A stretch of DNA of 64,000 bases from an uncultured Candidatus Saccharibacteria bacterium. Its GTDB lineage: Bacteria; Patescibacteriota; UBA1384; XYA2-FULL-43-10; CAINNR01. The notes beneath the pieces were generated by a model, which was not told the DNA's origin, searched no databases, and was given only the letters and a program-made list of their open reading frames with translations. The first letter of the stretch is position 1. Every line of letters starts with the position of its first letter. The stretch covers positions 400-64,399 of the forward strand of contig CAZVFH010000001.1 of NCBI GenBank assembly GCA_964626415.1, given 5' to 3'. This document shows positions 53,856 through 63,112 of this stretch, piece by piece. The translations under genes were made by a program, and so were the position numbers.

Positions 53856-54227
53856 TTATTTTTCAAATGGTTTTTTGACAATATCTTTTGCTTCTTCCAA
53901 TCCTTTCTTTGCTGCTTCTCCAACTGCTTCGGCACCTTCTTCGCCAACACTTCCAATCGCCCTTTCTGCGTGTAATGTGACTTCTCCAGCGGCATCTTCC
54001 GTGGTTTTGCCACTTTCTTCTAAGGCCTTGACTGCACCAACATAAACCTCTTTTACACCGGTTTCAACATCAATTACTCCTTCTTTCCCAAGCTCAATTA
54101 CCGCACCGAACAATTCGCCAATGTCATGGGTTCCCTCCTTAACGACATCAGTTACCAAGCTCATAATCCCAGTCGTTACATCGTCAGTACCCTCGATCGC
54201 ACTCCTCAAAAGTTCTTTTGCCGACAT
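53856..54227 (-). CDS. Hypothetical acidic Gly/Val/Glu-rich protein
   Basis: 123-aa ORF. GC visibly higher than flanking DNA. Degenerate internal repeats (..GVIDVETGVKEVYVGAVKALEE..). No known motif. Confidence 0.45.
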   Translation of the reverse strand: MSAKELLRSAIEGTDDVTTGIMSLVTDVVKEGTHDIGELFGAVIELGKEGVIDVETGVKEVYVGAVKALEESGKTTEDAAGEVTLHAERAIGSVGEEGAEAVGEAAKKGLEEAKDIVKKPFEK

Positions 54228-54555
54228 TTCTCCTCCTCAATATATTATTAATTATATTTTATAAATTTAGTAAGTAGTTTTTTTATCTATAATAATTATA
54301 TTATATCAATGCAAATAATGAAATATCAAGTATCTCCTAGTAACAAAATTATTGAAAATATTGTAACAAGATATGAGATATTAAGTTGATGATTATTTAA
54401 AAAAGTCATATTTGGTGGTCTATTATAGAAATAGTTCGAACGCATTTTGACCCGAAAAATTTGGGCGAAAAATGGCTCGAAAATTCCCGGCTGTCCGCCT
54501 CTGGAGGAACTGAATTCTGAACTTTGACAATTTCAAGTTTTTCTTTGACGGCTTA

Positions 54556-55206
54556 TCACAATTCTGGTTCAGGTTTTTCCAAGAGCCACGATGGAAGCTC
54601 TGGCTGCTCAATCGGATCCGCGCCGCCACGACGTACATCTCTTTGTCCTACGTCCCATTGTTGATTAAATAAATTACAAAACGTTTGCCGAGGATCATCG
54701 GCAATAATTATTTCCTGTATTTCTTGATTAGGAACATATGGAGATTCGTGATTTTCCCTTTCAAATAGCTCTGAATCAACGTACCGAATATGATGTTGTA
54801 AAAACCTGAAGAATTCACGATTTTCATCTGCAATTACATCTTCCGGAGAAACCCCCGAAACCATCTGCTTATAATATCTTCGATAACGCGATTCGAGAGA
54901 CTCTGGGTCATCCATTGCTTCTAAATATCTTTTCTGTTCATCTCCTGGCAGTTCCAGCGCATGCATTTTTTTACTAATTCTTGATGCTTCTAGCTCTGCC
55001 CAAATGCACATCTGTACCAACCGATTTCTTGAATACTCCAATAATCTCGTCGCATAAGGCAGATCTTCATAACCGCGCGGAGATTCGTCTAAGTGTCTAT
55101 CTAAATCGAGAGGTTCTTCGGGAAATTCAGCTGTGATTTGGTCCTGATTTTTTTCAGGCAAGGGGTTATCAGGTTCGGGTTGGAACCCTGGTCTTGTTTC
55201 GTCCAT
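54556..55206 (-). CDS. Hypothetical acidic protein, flanked by inverted repeats of about 90 nt
   Basis: 216-aa ORF with no recognisable motif. See the finding on the inverted-repeat arms at 54436-54527 and 55297-55366. Confidence 0.5.
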   Translation of the reverse strand: MDETRPGFQPEPDNPLPEKNQDQITAEFPEEPLDLDRHLDESPRGYEDLPYATRLLEYSRNRLVQMCIWAELEASRISKKMHALELPGDEQKRYLEAMDDPESLESRYRRYYKQMVSGVSPEDVIADENREFFRFLQHHIRYVDSELFERENHESPYVPNQEIQEIIIADDPRQTFCNLFNQQWDVGQRDVRRGGADPIEQPELPSWLLEKPEPEL

Positions 55207-55366
55207 AGTTATCCCTTATTACAAAATTATAAAAATTTTCTTTTACAAATGATGATTCGAGCCGATATTTTTGAAACAGGTTTCTTTGGCAGTTTTGAAA
55301 GTTCAGAATTTCAGTCGGGAATTTTCGGGGGTATTTTCACGCCGCCTTCGGCGGCGAAATGCGTTA

Positions 55367-55443
55367 TGGTGGACCTGAGCGGACTCGAACCGCTGACCTT
55401 CTCGATGCCATCGAGACATTCTAGCCAACTGAACTACAGGCCC
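55367..55443 (-). tRNA. tRNA-Ala (anticodon GGC), CCA encoded
   Basis: Minus strand: GGGCCTG TA GTTC AGTTGGCTA GAAT G TCTCG ATGGCAT CGAGA AGGTC AGCGG TTCGAGT CCGCT CAGGTCC A CCA. Has the G3:U70 Ala identity pair and a canonical T-loop. Confidence 0.92.
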
Positions 55444-55483
55444 GCAAAATAGATAATATCAAATAACCGGAAAATGAACAACA

Positions 55484-55567
55484 CTATTCGGGCTTTGATG
55501 TTTTGTAAGCCCAGAAAATCATTAAAATGACGATCAAAAAGGTGACGAGCCACAAGTACCAAGCCAT
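55484..55567 (-). CDS. 27-aa hydrophobic peptide (MAWYLWLVTFLIVILMIFWAYKTSKPE)
   Basis: GGAGG 5 nt upstream of the ATG. Single TM helix. Too short to validate from sequence alone. Confidence 0.3.
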   Translation of the reverse strand: MAWYLWLVTFLIVILMIFWAYKTSKPE

Positions 55568-55594
55568 AGAATCCTCCATTAAAAATTCATAATA

Positions 55595-55727
55595 TCCTTG
55601 AATTACGAAATACAATTCCGAATATCATCCCGAATTTATTTCGGGATCTCAGTAATCGGACGATTGATTGCTGGGATGCTGAAATAAATTCAGCATGACA
55701 TCTATTTATCAATTTCTTAATTCAAGG
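55595..55727. repeat. MITE/REP-like nested-palindrome element, copy 3
   Basis: TIRs ATCCTTGAATTACGAAAT / ATTTCTTAATTCAAGGTAAT. Inner hairpins ATCCCGAA..TTCGGGAT and GCTGAA..TTCAGCATGAC, as in copy 1. Confidence 0.75.
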
Positions 55728-55753
55728 TAATATCTAATGTCTAAAAAATTAAA

Positions 55754-56575
55754 TCAACGTTTCTCAACTCTTATTGCACTATCGGGGCAAAAACGGAAGC
55801 AATTTCCACAAGCAATACATTTTTGCAAGTCAACTTTTGGGGTCGGTTTGCCGAAAACACCAATTGTATCGCCCCAGCTTATTGCTCGAACAGGACACTT
55901 TAAAATACAAATTCCACAACTTTTACACAATGCTGGAATTGTAGTTGCCAAACGTTCAGAATTTTTTTTAATAATGATATCATTGTCAACATCGAATTCC
56001 GCTCGAGAAAAATTGTGTTCTTCAATTTTCAGATCATAAGAAAAATCCAGTGCTGATTTCGCCAGAATTTTTTGTTTAGGATTTTTGACAAATTTTTTCT
56101 TTAATACTTCTTCGATCGCAAGCCATAGAATATTTTTAGAAAGAGCTAAATAGAATTTTGAAAATAGAGCCAGTGCAATAATGTTATGGCCATAATCAGA
56201 AAACTGAACTTTTGCAATTCTTGTAATTGGAGCTCCAAAAACCTTCGAACTGTTTTGGGAAATTATTTTTCGAGGTATTGTAGATGAATCAAAAACTATC
56301 AATGTATCTTTGCCAATAAAAGGAGCGATTTGTTGATAAGCGCGTTTGCGCATTATTAATATTGCGTCAGCTGTTTCAAATCGCGGATAATTAATTTTGT
56401 CATCAGAGAGTTGTATAAACACAACAGATGGTGTTCCGCGCTGCTCCGGGCCAAATTGAGGGATAATTGAAATATTTTTTTCGCTTTTTGAAAGTGCATT
56501 AAAAAGAATCTTTCCGATTGTTTGAATCCCTTGACCACCTTCACCGGTTAAAATAATTTTAAGATTTTTTTTCAT
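55754..56575 (-). CDS. 2-oxoacid:ferredoxin oxidoreductase gamma subunit fused to a 2x[4Fe-4S] delta/ferredoxin domain
   Basis: N-terminus IILTGEGGQGIQTIGKIL..GPEQRG. C-terminus CKSCGICILKCP and CIACGNCFRFCP. Confidence 0.85.
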   Translation of the reverse strand: MKKNLKIILTGEGGQGIQTIGKILFNALSKSEKNISIIPQFGPEQRGTPSVVFIQLSDDKINYPRFETADAILIMRKRAYQQIAPFIGKDTLIVFDSSTIPRKIISQNSSKVFGAPITRIAKVQFSDYGHNIIALALFSKFYLALSKNILWLAIEEVLKKKFVKNPKQKILAKSALDFSYDLKIEEHNFSRAEFDVDNDIIIKKNSERLATTIPALCKSCGICILKCPVRAISWGDTIGVFGKPTPKVDLQKCIACGNCFRFCPDSAIRVEKR

Positions 56576-57308
56576 TTATTTTTATTTCTCCAATCCTATA
56601 AACTTTTTCCATTTGAGTTAAGAAATCGAAACTTTCCTTTGCATCTTTTTTCCAATTTGTCGGGCAAAGTGATAAAACTTCTAACATCGAGAAGTTGTCA
56701 TCACATTGAGATTTGATAGTTTTCTCGATCATTTGGTCTAGTAAAACAATATTTGAAACGGAGGAGCGGGCGATAAATGAGTTTTTGTTTGAAAGATTCT
56801 TAATTAGCTCTGGTCCGAGAAAAGCAGCGCCAAATATATCTTTATTTTTGCCGGCTGGAGAAGTTGTAGTAATTTCATTCGGAATAGTAGTTGGTGCCAT
56901 CTGTCCGCCAGTCATTGAATACTCGGTGTTGTTTAAAACAAAAGCTGAAATCGGATTGTTTCGGAATGCGGCATGAATTAACGATTGCAAACCGATAGCA
57001 TAGGCGCCGCCATCACCCATCATCGCGATTACAATTCGACGCGGGTTTGCCATTTTATATCCGACAGCAAGTGGGACAGATCGTCCGTGATGAGATTGGA
57101 CAGTATCGATATTGTAATAATTCCAAGCAAGCAGTGAGCAACCGATATCGGTAACGATTGTCACATTTTTTGCAACTTTAAGTTCATCGATAACAAAACC
57201 AAAACGGCGCAAAAAAATGCTTTGGCCACATCCAGGACAAAATAAACTTGGCTTAGAATTTTGGTTCAAGCATTTTGGAGATAAAATTGATTGATTTTTT
57301 TCAGTCAT
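56559..57308 (-). CDS. 2-oxoacid:ferredoxin oxidoreductase beta subunit (TPP-binding)
   Basis: FCPGCGQSI.., ..MGDGGAYAIGLQ... Start taken at MTEKNQS, which overlaps the alpha stop by 8 nt. Confidence 0.85.
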   Translation of the reverse strand: MTEKNQSILSPKCLNQNSKPSLFCPGCGQSIFLRRFGFVIDELKVAKNVTIVTDIGCSLLAWNYYNIDTVQSHHGRSVPLAVGYKMANPRRIVIAMMGDGGAYAIGLQSLIHAAFRNNPISAFVLNNTEYSMTGGQMAPTTIPNEITTTSPAGKNKDIFGAAFLGPELIKNLSNKNSFIARSSVSNIVLLDQMIEKTIKSQCDDNFSMLEVLSLCPTNWKKDAKESFDFLTQMEKVYRIGEIKINEKKS

Positions 57309-58347
57309 TAATTTTTTCGATAAATATTTTTTCAATCTCTTCTGGGGCAAAACCAACGGCTGGTTTGTAAACTTTGATGACCTTCGGGGCAATTTCCGGA
57401 ATTTGATTGATTATTATTTTTGAAAATTGTTCGTAAGCAGATTCGAAAATAACAATATGTTTGAGTTTTTTTGTTAATCGAAGAATAGTTTGCGAATCTA
57501 GCGGCCGAAGAGTTATTGGTCTAATTAATCCAACCTTTTTGCCAGACAATCGCAGATTATCAACTGCCGTTTTTGCTGCCGCGGCAACACTTCCGTGAGC
57601 AATTACTGCAGAATTAGCGTCAGAAATTTTGTATAATTCGACTTCGGCAACTTTTGAAAGTAATAACTTGTAATCAGATATATTACGAATTAATACTTTT
57701 GAAAATTCTAGCTCTGATCCGTAACAATTTCGGATCTGAGTTGGAGATTTTGCTGATTCTTTAAGTATTTTTTTTGCCGGAAAATTTTTTAATAATGGCG
57801 GAAGCTCAGTAATAGTTTTTGATTTTGCAAGATAGCCATCGGACAGCAAAATAGTTGGGAAATTGTATTTCCATGCCGTTGAAAATATTTTAGCTCCTAA
57901 TGTGTAGCACTCTTCGATTGAAGACGCCGAGTAGACAATTCGCAAGCCATCGCCATTACCTCCAAGCATGGCTAAATTAACTTCCTGTTGAGAATAAATT
58001 ACCGTCCCGGTTGACGGTCCGCCACGTTGAGTGATTACCGCAACAAATGGCAAGCGCTCATTTTCCGCCATTGAAATTGGGTCTTGCATTAAAACATGAC
58101 CGACACCAGCAGTTGCGGTGAAGGCCTTTTTGCCAGCAAGTATTGCTCCGATAACGCCAAAACCGGCAGAAATTTCGTCCTCGGTTTGCAGATATTTTAG
58201 ATTCTTATTTTTTTCCGCTTCGGCGATCCAACCTTCTAAAATCTCCGTTGCTGGAGTAATCGGATAACCAAAGAAAAATTCAGCACCAGCTTCGATGGCA
58301 CCCTTGACAACTGCCTGATTTCCGGTAATTGATATTTTAGTTCCCAA
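57301..58347 (-). CDS. 2-oxoacid:ferredoxin oxidoreductase alpha subunit
   Basis: ITGNQAVVKGAIEAGAEFFFGYPITPATEILE. Confidence 0.85.
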   Translation of the reverse strand: MGTKISITGNQAVVKGAIEAGAEFFFGYPITPATEILEGWIAEAEKNKNLKYLQTEDEISAGFGVIGAILAGKKAFTATAGVGHVLMQDPISMAENERLPFVAVITQRGGPSTGTVIYSQQEVNLAMLGGNGDGLRIVYSASSIEECYTLGAKIFSTAWKYNFPTILLSDGYLAKSKTITELPPLLKNFPAKKILKESAKSPTQIRNCYGSELEFSKVLIRNISDYKLLLSKVAEVELYKISDANSAVIAHGSVAAAAKTAVDNLRLSGKKVGLIRPITLRPLDSQTILRLTKKLKHIVIFESAYEQFSKIIINQIPEIAPKVIKVYKPAVGFAPEEIEKIFIEKIND

Positions 58348-58393
58348 TTTTTCCCTCCGATTACAGAAATATTATATCTCACGTACTATGAAT

Positions 58394-59437
58394 TTACAAT
58401 TTTTTTGCGATTGCCAACTCTTCATCTGGTTTTATAGTTTTGATTTTAAAATCAAGAAAAGAAAGTCCGGAAGTGATTTTTTTTCTAATAACTTCGGAGC
58501 CAAAACCGATTTCACCGGAGAAAATAACTTCATCGACTCCGCCAAGTTCAGCGACATAGGCCCCAATATATTTTTTAACTTTTTGGCAAAAAATTTCAAT
58601 TGCTTGCTTCGCAAGATCCGGATGAATTTTTTCTAATTGATAACTAATTTCACCAGTTATTTCTTCGCCAGCATTTTTCAAAATTGAGAGCATGTCGCCG
58701 GAGGAATCAGTTAATCCGGCCAGGCCTGAATTATTTTCGATCAATTCTTTTGCTTGTCGTAGCCCTAGTTTTTCGACAAGAAATAAAACCAATCCTGGAT
58801 CAAGATCACCTGACCTGGTTTGCATTACTAGACCTTCAAGTGGCGTAAAGCCCATAGAGGTATCAATCGGTTTTCCACAATTAATTGCCGAAATACTGCA
58901 ACCGGCACCAAGATGAATTGTAATAATTTTCTTCTCTTTTAAGGGATCAACCTCCTCCATCATAAATTGATGAGAAATTCCATGAAAACCATAGCGGCGA
59001 ATTTCCAGTTCTTCTGACAGGCGAAAATCAATTGGGTAAATTTTAGAAACTTCCGGCAAATCGACAAAAAAAGCATTATCAAAGGCAACAAAATGCTCCG
59101 CAATTGGGATAATGTTTAGAACTTTTCTGATCACTCTTAATGCTTGCGGATTATGGCTTGGGGCAAATTGAGAAAAACTTTCGATTGTTTTTATAAGCGG
59201 GAGTGTTACCGGTTCAATTTCCAAAACTTTGTCACCTCCGTGGACAACACGGAAGGCAATTTTTATTATCTGATTTTTTTCGGCAAAAATTTCTTTCATT
59301 ATCAAATCTACTGCCGCTTCATGACTACGAATTTTCCCGGGAATATGGGAAAAACTCTTCGACTTTACTTCTTTTAGTTCTTTGTCGAAAAGTTTATATT
59401 TTAGTGATGATGAGCCGGGATTAATGATTAGATACAT
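58394..59437 (-). CDS. ackA: Acetate kinase (short form)
   Basis: LIINPGSSSLKYKLF, RVVHGG, APSHNP, RRYGFHGISH, DTSMGFTPLEGLVMQTRSGDLDP. Confidence 0.88.
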   Translation of the reverse strand: MYLIINPGSSSLKYKLFDKELKEVKSKSFSHIPGKIRSHEAAVDLIMKEIFAEKNQIIKIAFRVVHGGDKVLEIEPVTLPLIKTIESFSQFAPSHNPQALRVIRKVLNIIPIAEHFVAFDNAFFVDLPEVSKIYPIDFRLSEELEIRRYGFHGISHQFMMEEVDPLKEKKIITIHLGAGCSISAINCGKPIDTSMGFTPLEGLVMQTRSGDLDPGLVLFLVEKLGLRQAKELIENNSGLAGLTDSSGDMLSILKNAGEEITGEISYQLEKIHPDLAKQAIEIFCQKVKKYIGAYVAELGGVDEVIFSGEIGFGSEVIRKKITSGLSFLDFKIKTIKPDEELAIAKKL

Positions 59438-59511
59438 AATTATATATTGAAATTCTAACACTGACTTAATTACACTGATTTAACACTGATAAAGGAATAT
59501 TTAAACACGAA

Positions 59512-60072
59512 TCAAGAGATTGTCAAATTTCCAACTGTTTCCTTATTGATTCCGGCGGCATTGCCTTCGTCGGTGTCGAGATGAACTGCCAATGTGTAGT
59601 GATTAGCAATTTTGGCAGTAACATTTTCAAAGATGATTTTTCCGCGATCGGTTTCAATTTCGACTTTAACTTGTTCATGATTTTCAATTTTCAAATTTTC
59701 AGCGTCGCAAGGTGATAAATGCAGGTGTCGTTTGGCAACAATTAATGCTGAAACTTCGATCTCTCCTGCGTCTCCTTTGATCTTTACCTTTGACGAAGTT
59801 TCTTCCGATGAAATTGCATAAGGTGCCGAAACACCAATTGTGATACAATCAGAAAGCGACAATTCAACTTGTGATTTTTTTCGAAAAGGAATTAAAACTC
59901 GCGCCGGAAGTTCGCCTTTTTTACCGACAATTTTAATAACTTTATTTGTCGCCCAGTCATCTTGGCTTAAATGCTGTTCTTTTTTCGGCTCATCACTAGC
60001 AAAAAGTGAAGAATAATCATTCTCGGACAAATGAACATGTCGAGCTGAGACCTCAATTTTGACTTTTTCCAT
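59512..60072 (-). CDS. pduL: PduL-type phosphate acyltransferase
   Basis: Duplicated motif SARHVHLS .. KRHLHLS, about 186 aa, adjacent to ackA. Confidence 0.8.
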   Translation of the reverse strand: MEKVKIEVSARHVHLSENDYSSLFASDEPKKEQHLSQDDWATNKVIKIVGKKGELPARVLIPFRKKSQVELSLSDCITIGVSAPYAISSEETSSKVKIKGDAGEIEVSALIVAKRHLHLSPCDAENLKIENHEQVKVEIETDRGKIIFENVTAKIANHYTLAVHLDTDEGNAAGINKETVGNLTIS

Positions 60073-60146
60073 ATTGACTCCTTGTTATTATTGTAAGCAA
60101 GTTAATGATTTGATTTCTAATTATGAATAAAACTTTAGAGGAAAAA

Positions 60147-61562
60147 TCACTTTAGCAAGCTTTTCCCCTTCATCTGTTTTGGAATTATAAGATTAAACAA
60201 ATCAATAATAGTCGGCGCGATATCGACGGTTGATTTGTCGACAGAAATAAACGGAGTAGGGGCAAAATCCATTTTTTTTGAAGATTTTTTTTGATTATTA
60301 TTGATTAAAATAAATGGCACCGCACTTGGTAAATTTCGATTAATTAGTTTTTCTGCTCCGGAATATGGTGATGTGATGATAAGATTTGTTTTCTCTAAAA
60401 TTGCTATCTCGGCAATTTTCAAAAGACAATCATCAATCTCGATTACTCTTTCAGCTATTTCGTTAATATCGCTATTCTCATCAATTTCCGCCAGAAGCGG
60501 CAAAGAGGCGAATACAATATCCTTGCTTCGACTTTTAAGAGATCTGATTATTTGCGAGGTTATCTCTTTATAATTTGTTTGTTCATCTACTATTATTCTT
60601 GTTTCTGCTGGAAATATTTTCGAAAGGCATCCATTAAAATAATAGCAGAAATCGAGTTCTTTTGCTTTGGGAAATATTTTGCATTGACTAATACCAGCCG
60701 AAGATAAAATATTTGACAGGGAACTTTCGAAAATATCATCAGGAAATATCGGGGTAATTTTTTTTTCGAGCGCAAGTGGCAAGTGTTGTGGGTAGAGAAC
60801 CATGATTGATAAATTGTAGGGATAATTATTATATGTTGCAAATCGATGGTGGCCGGAAACCAATAATGAAAACTCTCTCATTAAAGACCGCTCTTTATTT
60901 AAAATTATAATGCTGTCGTTGTCTGCAACACTTACCGCTATTTTCAAGTGATCATAATTTTCTCCAAAATTGAAATTTTCACTTTTTGGATGTTTGGAAA
61001 ATAAAACAGACAAAAATAACTTTTCCGCTTTATCAAAGTCCATGGAAGCGTCAGAGAAACTTCGATCATAAAAAGACAGAAGTTGACCGATGCCCGTTGT
61101 GCGAATGATATTTTTAAAACTATCCAACGTTTGCTTATCAGGTATTATTATATGGAAATATATTTTTTCAATTTGTTCGGCTTTAAAATATTGCAACAAT
61201 GCTTTGCAGATTTCCAAATTTTTAGAATCAACGAAGTCGGCAACAATATGTATTGCAGAATTATAACTGGTTATATTCCTAACAAGAGGAAAAAGCCCAG
61301 AATTATTCAAGAACTCGGCGTTTTTAATTTTTTTTAGAACTTTATCCTCGCGACTCTCGATTATCTGGCCACAACCTAGTGAATAGTAATAATCAGACGA
61401 GATTAATGATTGGTCTTTTTTTTCTCTAGTTTTTAACAACACTCCTTGATAATCATTAAAAAAGGAATTAAAATTTTTTGGATTCGCAGTAGATATTGCG
61501 TTACCCTTCCAAGAGGAGGAAATTCCCCAACCGTCTAAGAATAATGCTACGATTTTATTCAT
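60147..61562 (-). CDS. Degenerate paralogue of cofactor-independent phosphoglycerate mutase (probable pseudoenzyme)
   Basis: N-terminus VALFLDGWGISSSWKGNAIS is collinear with GpmI. GpmI metal-ligand motifs are replaced: ADMVGH->LPLLAEI, ADHGN->SPYSGAE, HT..PVPF->PSAVPF. Confidence 0.6.
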   Translation of the reverse strand: MNKIVALFLDGWGISSSWKGNAISTANPKNFNSFFNDYQGVLLKTREKKDQSLISSDYYYSLGCGQIIESREDKVLKKIKNAEFLNNSGLFPLVRNITSYNSAIHIVADFVDSKNLEICKALLQYFKAEQIEKIYFHIIIPDKQTLDSFKNIIRTTGIGQLLSFYDRSFSDASMDFDKAEKLFLSVLFSKHPKSENFNFGENYDHLKIAVSVADNDSIIILNKERSLMREFSLLVSGHHRFATYNNYPYNLSIMVLYPQHLPLALEKKITPIFPDDIFESSLSNILSSAGISQCKIFPKAKELDFCYYFNGCLSKIFPAETRIIVDEQTNYKEITSQIIRSLKSRSKDIVFASLPLLAEIDENSDINEIAERVIEIDDCLLKIAEIAILEKTNLIITSPYSGAEKLINRNLPSAVPFILINNNQKKSSKKMDFAPTPFISVDKSTVDIAPTIIDLFNLIIPKQMKGKSLLK

Positions 61563-63112
61563 ACTTTGCTCTTGTAAAATAATGATTTTTCTGTCATCAC
61601 ACTCGGACAGCTAATTCCCATGATCTCTAGAATGGTCGGTGCGACATTGCCCAAAATCCCTTGCGAATAAAGCTTGGATCTTAAAAGCTCCATTTTCTTG
61701 GAGACAAGGATGAAAGGAACCGGGTTTATCGTGTGTTCGGTATGAGGATGTTTGGTTGTTTTATTAACCATCTCCTCGGCATTTCCATGATCTGCAGTAA
61801 TACAGATTGTATAATTGTAATGAAATAAATTTTCAACTAGTTTTTTAAGCTCAGAGTCAACCGCCTCAATTGCTTGGACTGCAGAGTAAAAATTACCACA
61901 ATGACCAACCATATCAGCATTGGCATAATTCACAACGATAAAATCAAAATTATTGTCTATGACTGAAAGAATTTTAGCGCTAATAAGGGGAGCGCTCATC
62001 TCCGGTTTTAAGTTATAAGTCCGAACTTTTGGAGAGGGGATTACAATTTGAGTTTCTCCCGGGAATGGTTTTTCCCGTCCACCATTTAAAAAATAGCTAA
62101 CATGGGCATATTTTTCGGTTTCGGCAATATGAAGTTGTTTTAAGTTATTTTTAGATATTATTTCCGCTAATGGCTGTTCAACATGGCGCTCGGGGAAAGC
62201 GGCAATACCAATTGGGCGTGGATCATGAATGGCGAAAGTTAAAAAATATAGATTTGTTAATATTTTTCTATCAGGCATATCGGGAATCTTTTGGTCGGAA
62301 AAAACGCTTGAAATCTGCTTCGCTCTGTCAGGTCGAAAATTAAAGAAAATTAACGCATCATTATCAAAAACAGGAATAGGAGCTTCATTGACCCCTATTA
62401 GTGCTGGTTCAATAAACTCATCACTAATTCCTTTGGAATAGGCATTTGAAATTGCTTCACTTGCGCTTGAAAACACTTCTGCTTCGCCCCTTGTTAAAGC
62501 ATTAAAGGCACGTGAAGTTCTGCCCCAATTATGATCGCGATCCATTGCAAAAAATCGGCCGCAAACACTTGATATTTTTCCAACACCGATCCGTTTTATT
62601 TTTCGCTCAATTTCTCCAATTATACCAAGAGCTGAATTCGGATCGGAATCGCGACCATCAAGAAACAAATCAAGATAAACATTTTTTAAATCATTTTTTT
62701 TTGCGATTTGCAGAAGATAAAAAAGATGATTGATATCAGAATGAACAAAACCGTTTCCGACTAAGCCCATCAAATGCAGATTTGAATTGTTTTTTTTAAC
62801 ATGAGACATTGCTCCGAGAATTTTTTCGTTATTAAAAAATTCGCCGCTTTTAATCATCGAATTAATGTAAGGTAAATCCTCAATCACAATCCGACCGGCA
62901 CCGATATTAATGTGTCCGGTTTCAGAGTTGCCTGCGACTCCTTTTGGCAAACCAACACTCTCGCCAGAAGCCGATAATATTGAATGTGGATAACTTCGCC
63001 AGAGCCGATCAAAAAAAGGAGTGCGGGCAGAAGTTATCGCATTGCCACCCCAAGAAGGAGCTATACCCCAGCCGTCAAGAATAATTAAGGCCGCTTTCTC
63101 TTTTATCTTCAT
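61559..63112 (-). CDS. gpmI: 2,3-bisphosphoglycerate-independent phosphoglycerate mutase
   Basis: LIILDGWG, GNSETGH (Ser nucleophile), NADMVGH, ITADHGNAEEM. Confidence 0.93.
   Translation of the reverse strand: MKIKEKAALIILDGWGIAPSWGGNAITSARTPFFDRLWRSYPHSILSASGESVGLPKGVAGNSETGHINIGAGRIVIEDLPYINSMIKSGEFFNNEKILGAMSHVKKNNSNLHLMGLVGNGFVHSDINHLFYLLQIAKKNDLKNVYLDLFLDGRDSDPNSALGIIGEIERKIKRIGVGKISSVCGRFFAMDRDHNWGRTSRAFNALTRGEAEVFSSASEAISNAYSKGISDEFIEPALIGVNEAPIPVFDNDALIFFNFRPDRAKQISSVFSDQKIPDMPDRKILTNLYFLTFAIHDPRPIGIAAFPERHVEQPLAEIISKNNLKQLHIAETEKYAHVSYFLNGGREKPFPGETQIVIPSPKVRTYNLKPEMSAPLISAKILSVIDNNFDFIVVNYANADMVGHCGNFYSAVQAIEAVDSELKKLVENLFHYNYTICITADHGNAEEMVNKTTKHPHTEHTINPVPFILVSKKMELLRSKLYSQGILGNVAPTILEIMGISCPSVMTEKSLFYKSKV

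Noticed and set aside
55737-56039. 100-aa + strand ORF
   Set aside because: It is antisense to the well-supported ferredoxin domain of the oxidoreductase gamma subunit and begins next to the MITE-like element. Spurious.
57309-57392. Upstream extension of the oxidoreductase beta subunit, and similar 5' extensions of ackA (59438-59461), the Zn-ribbon ORF (3254-3349), the antitoxin (2653-2682) and the ArsR-like genes (10880-10915)
   Set aside because: The extensions overlap upstream genes, promoters or repeats and lack an SD. The internal ATGs have better context and match the N-termini typical of each family.
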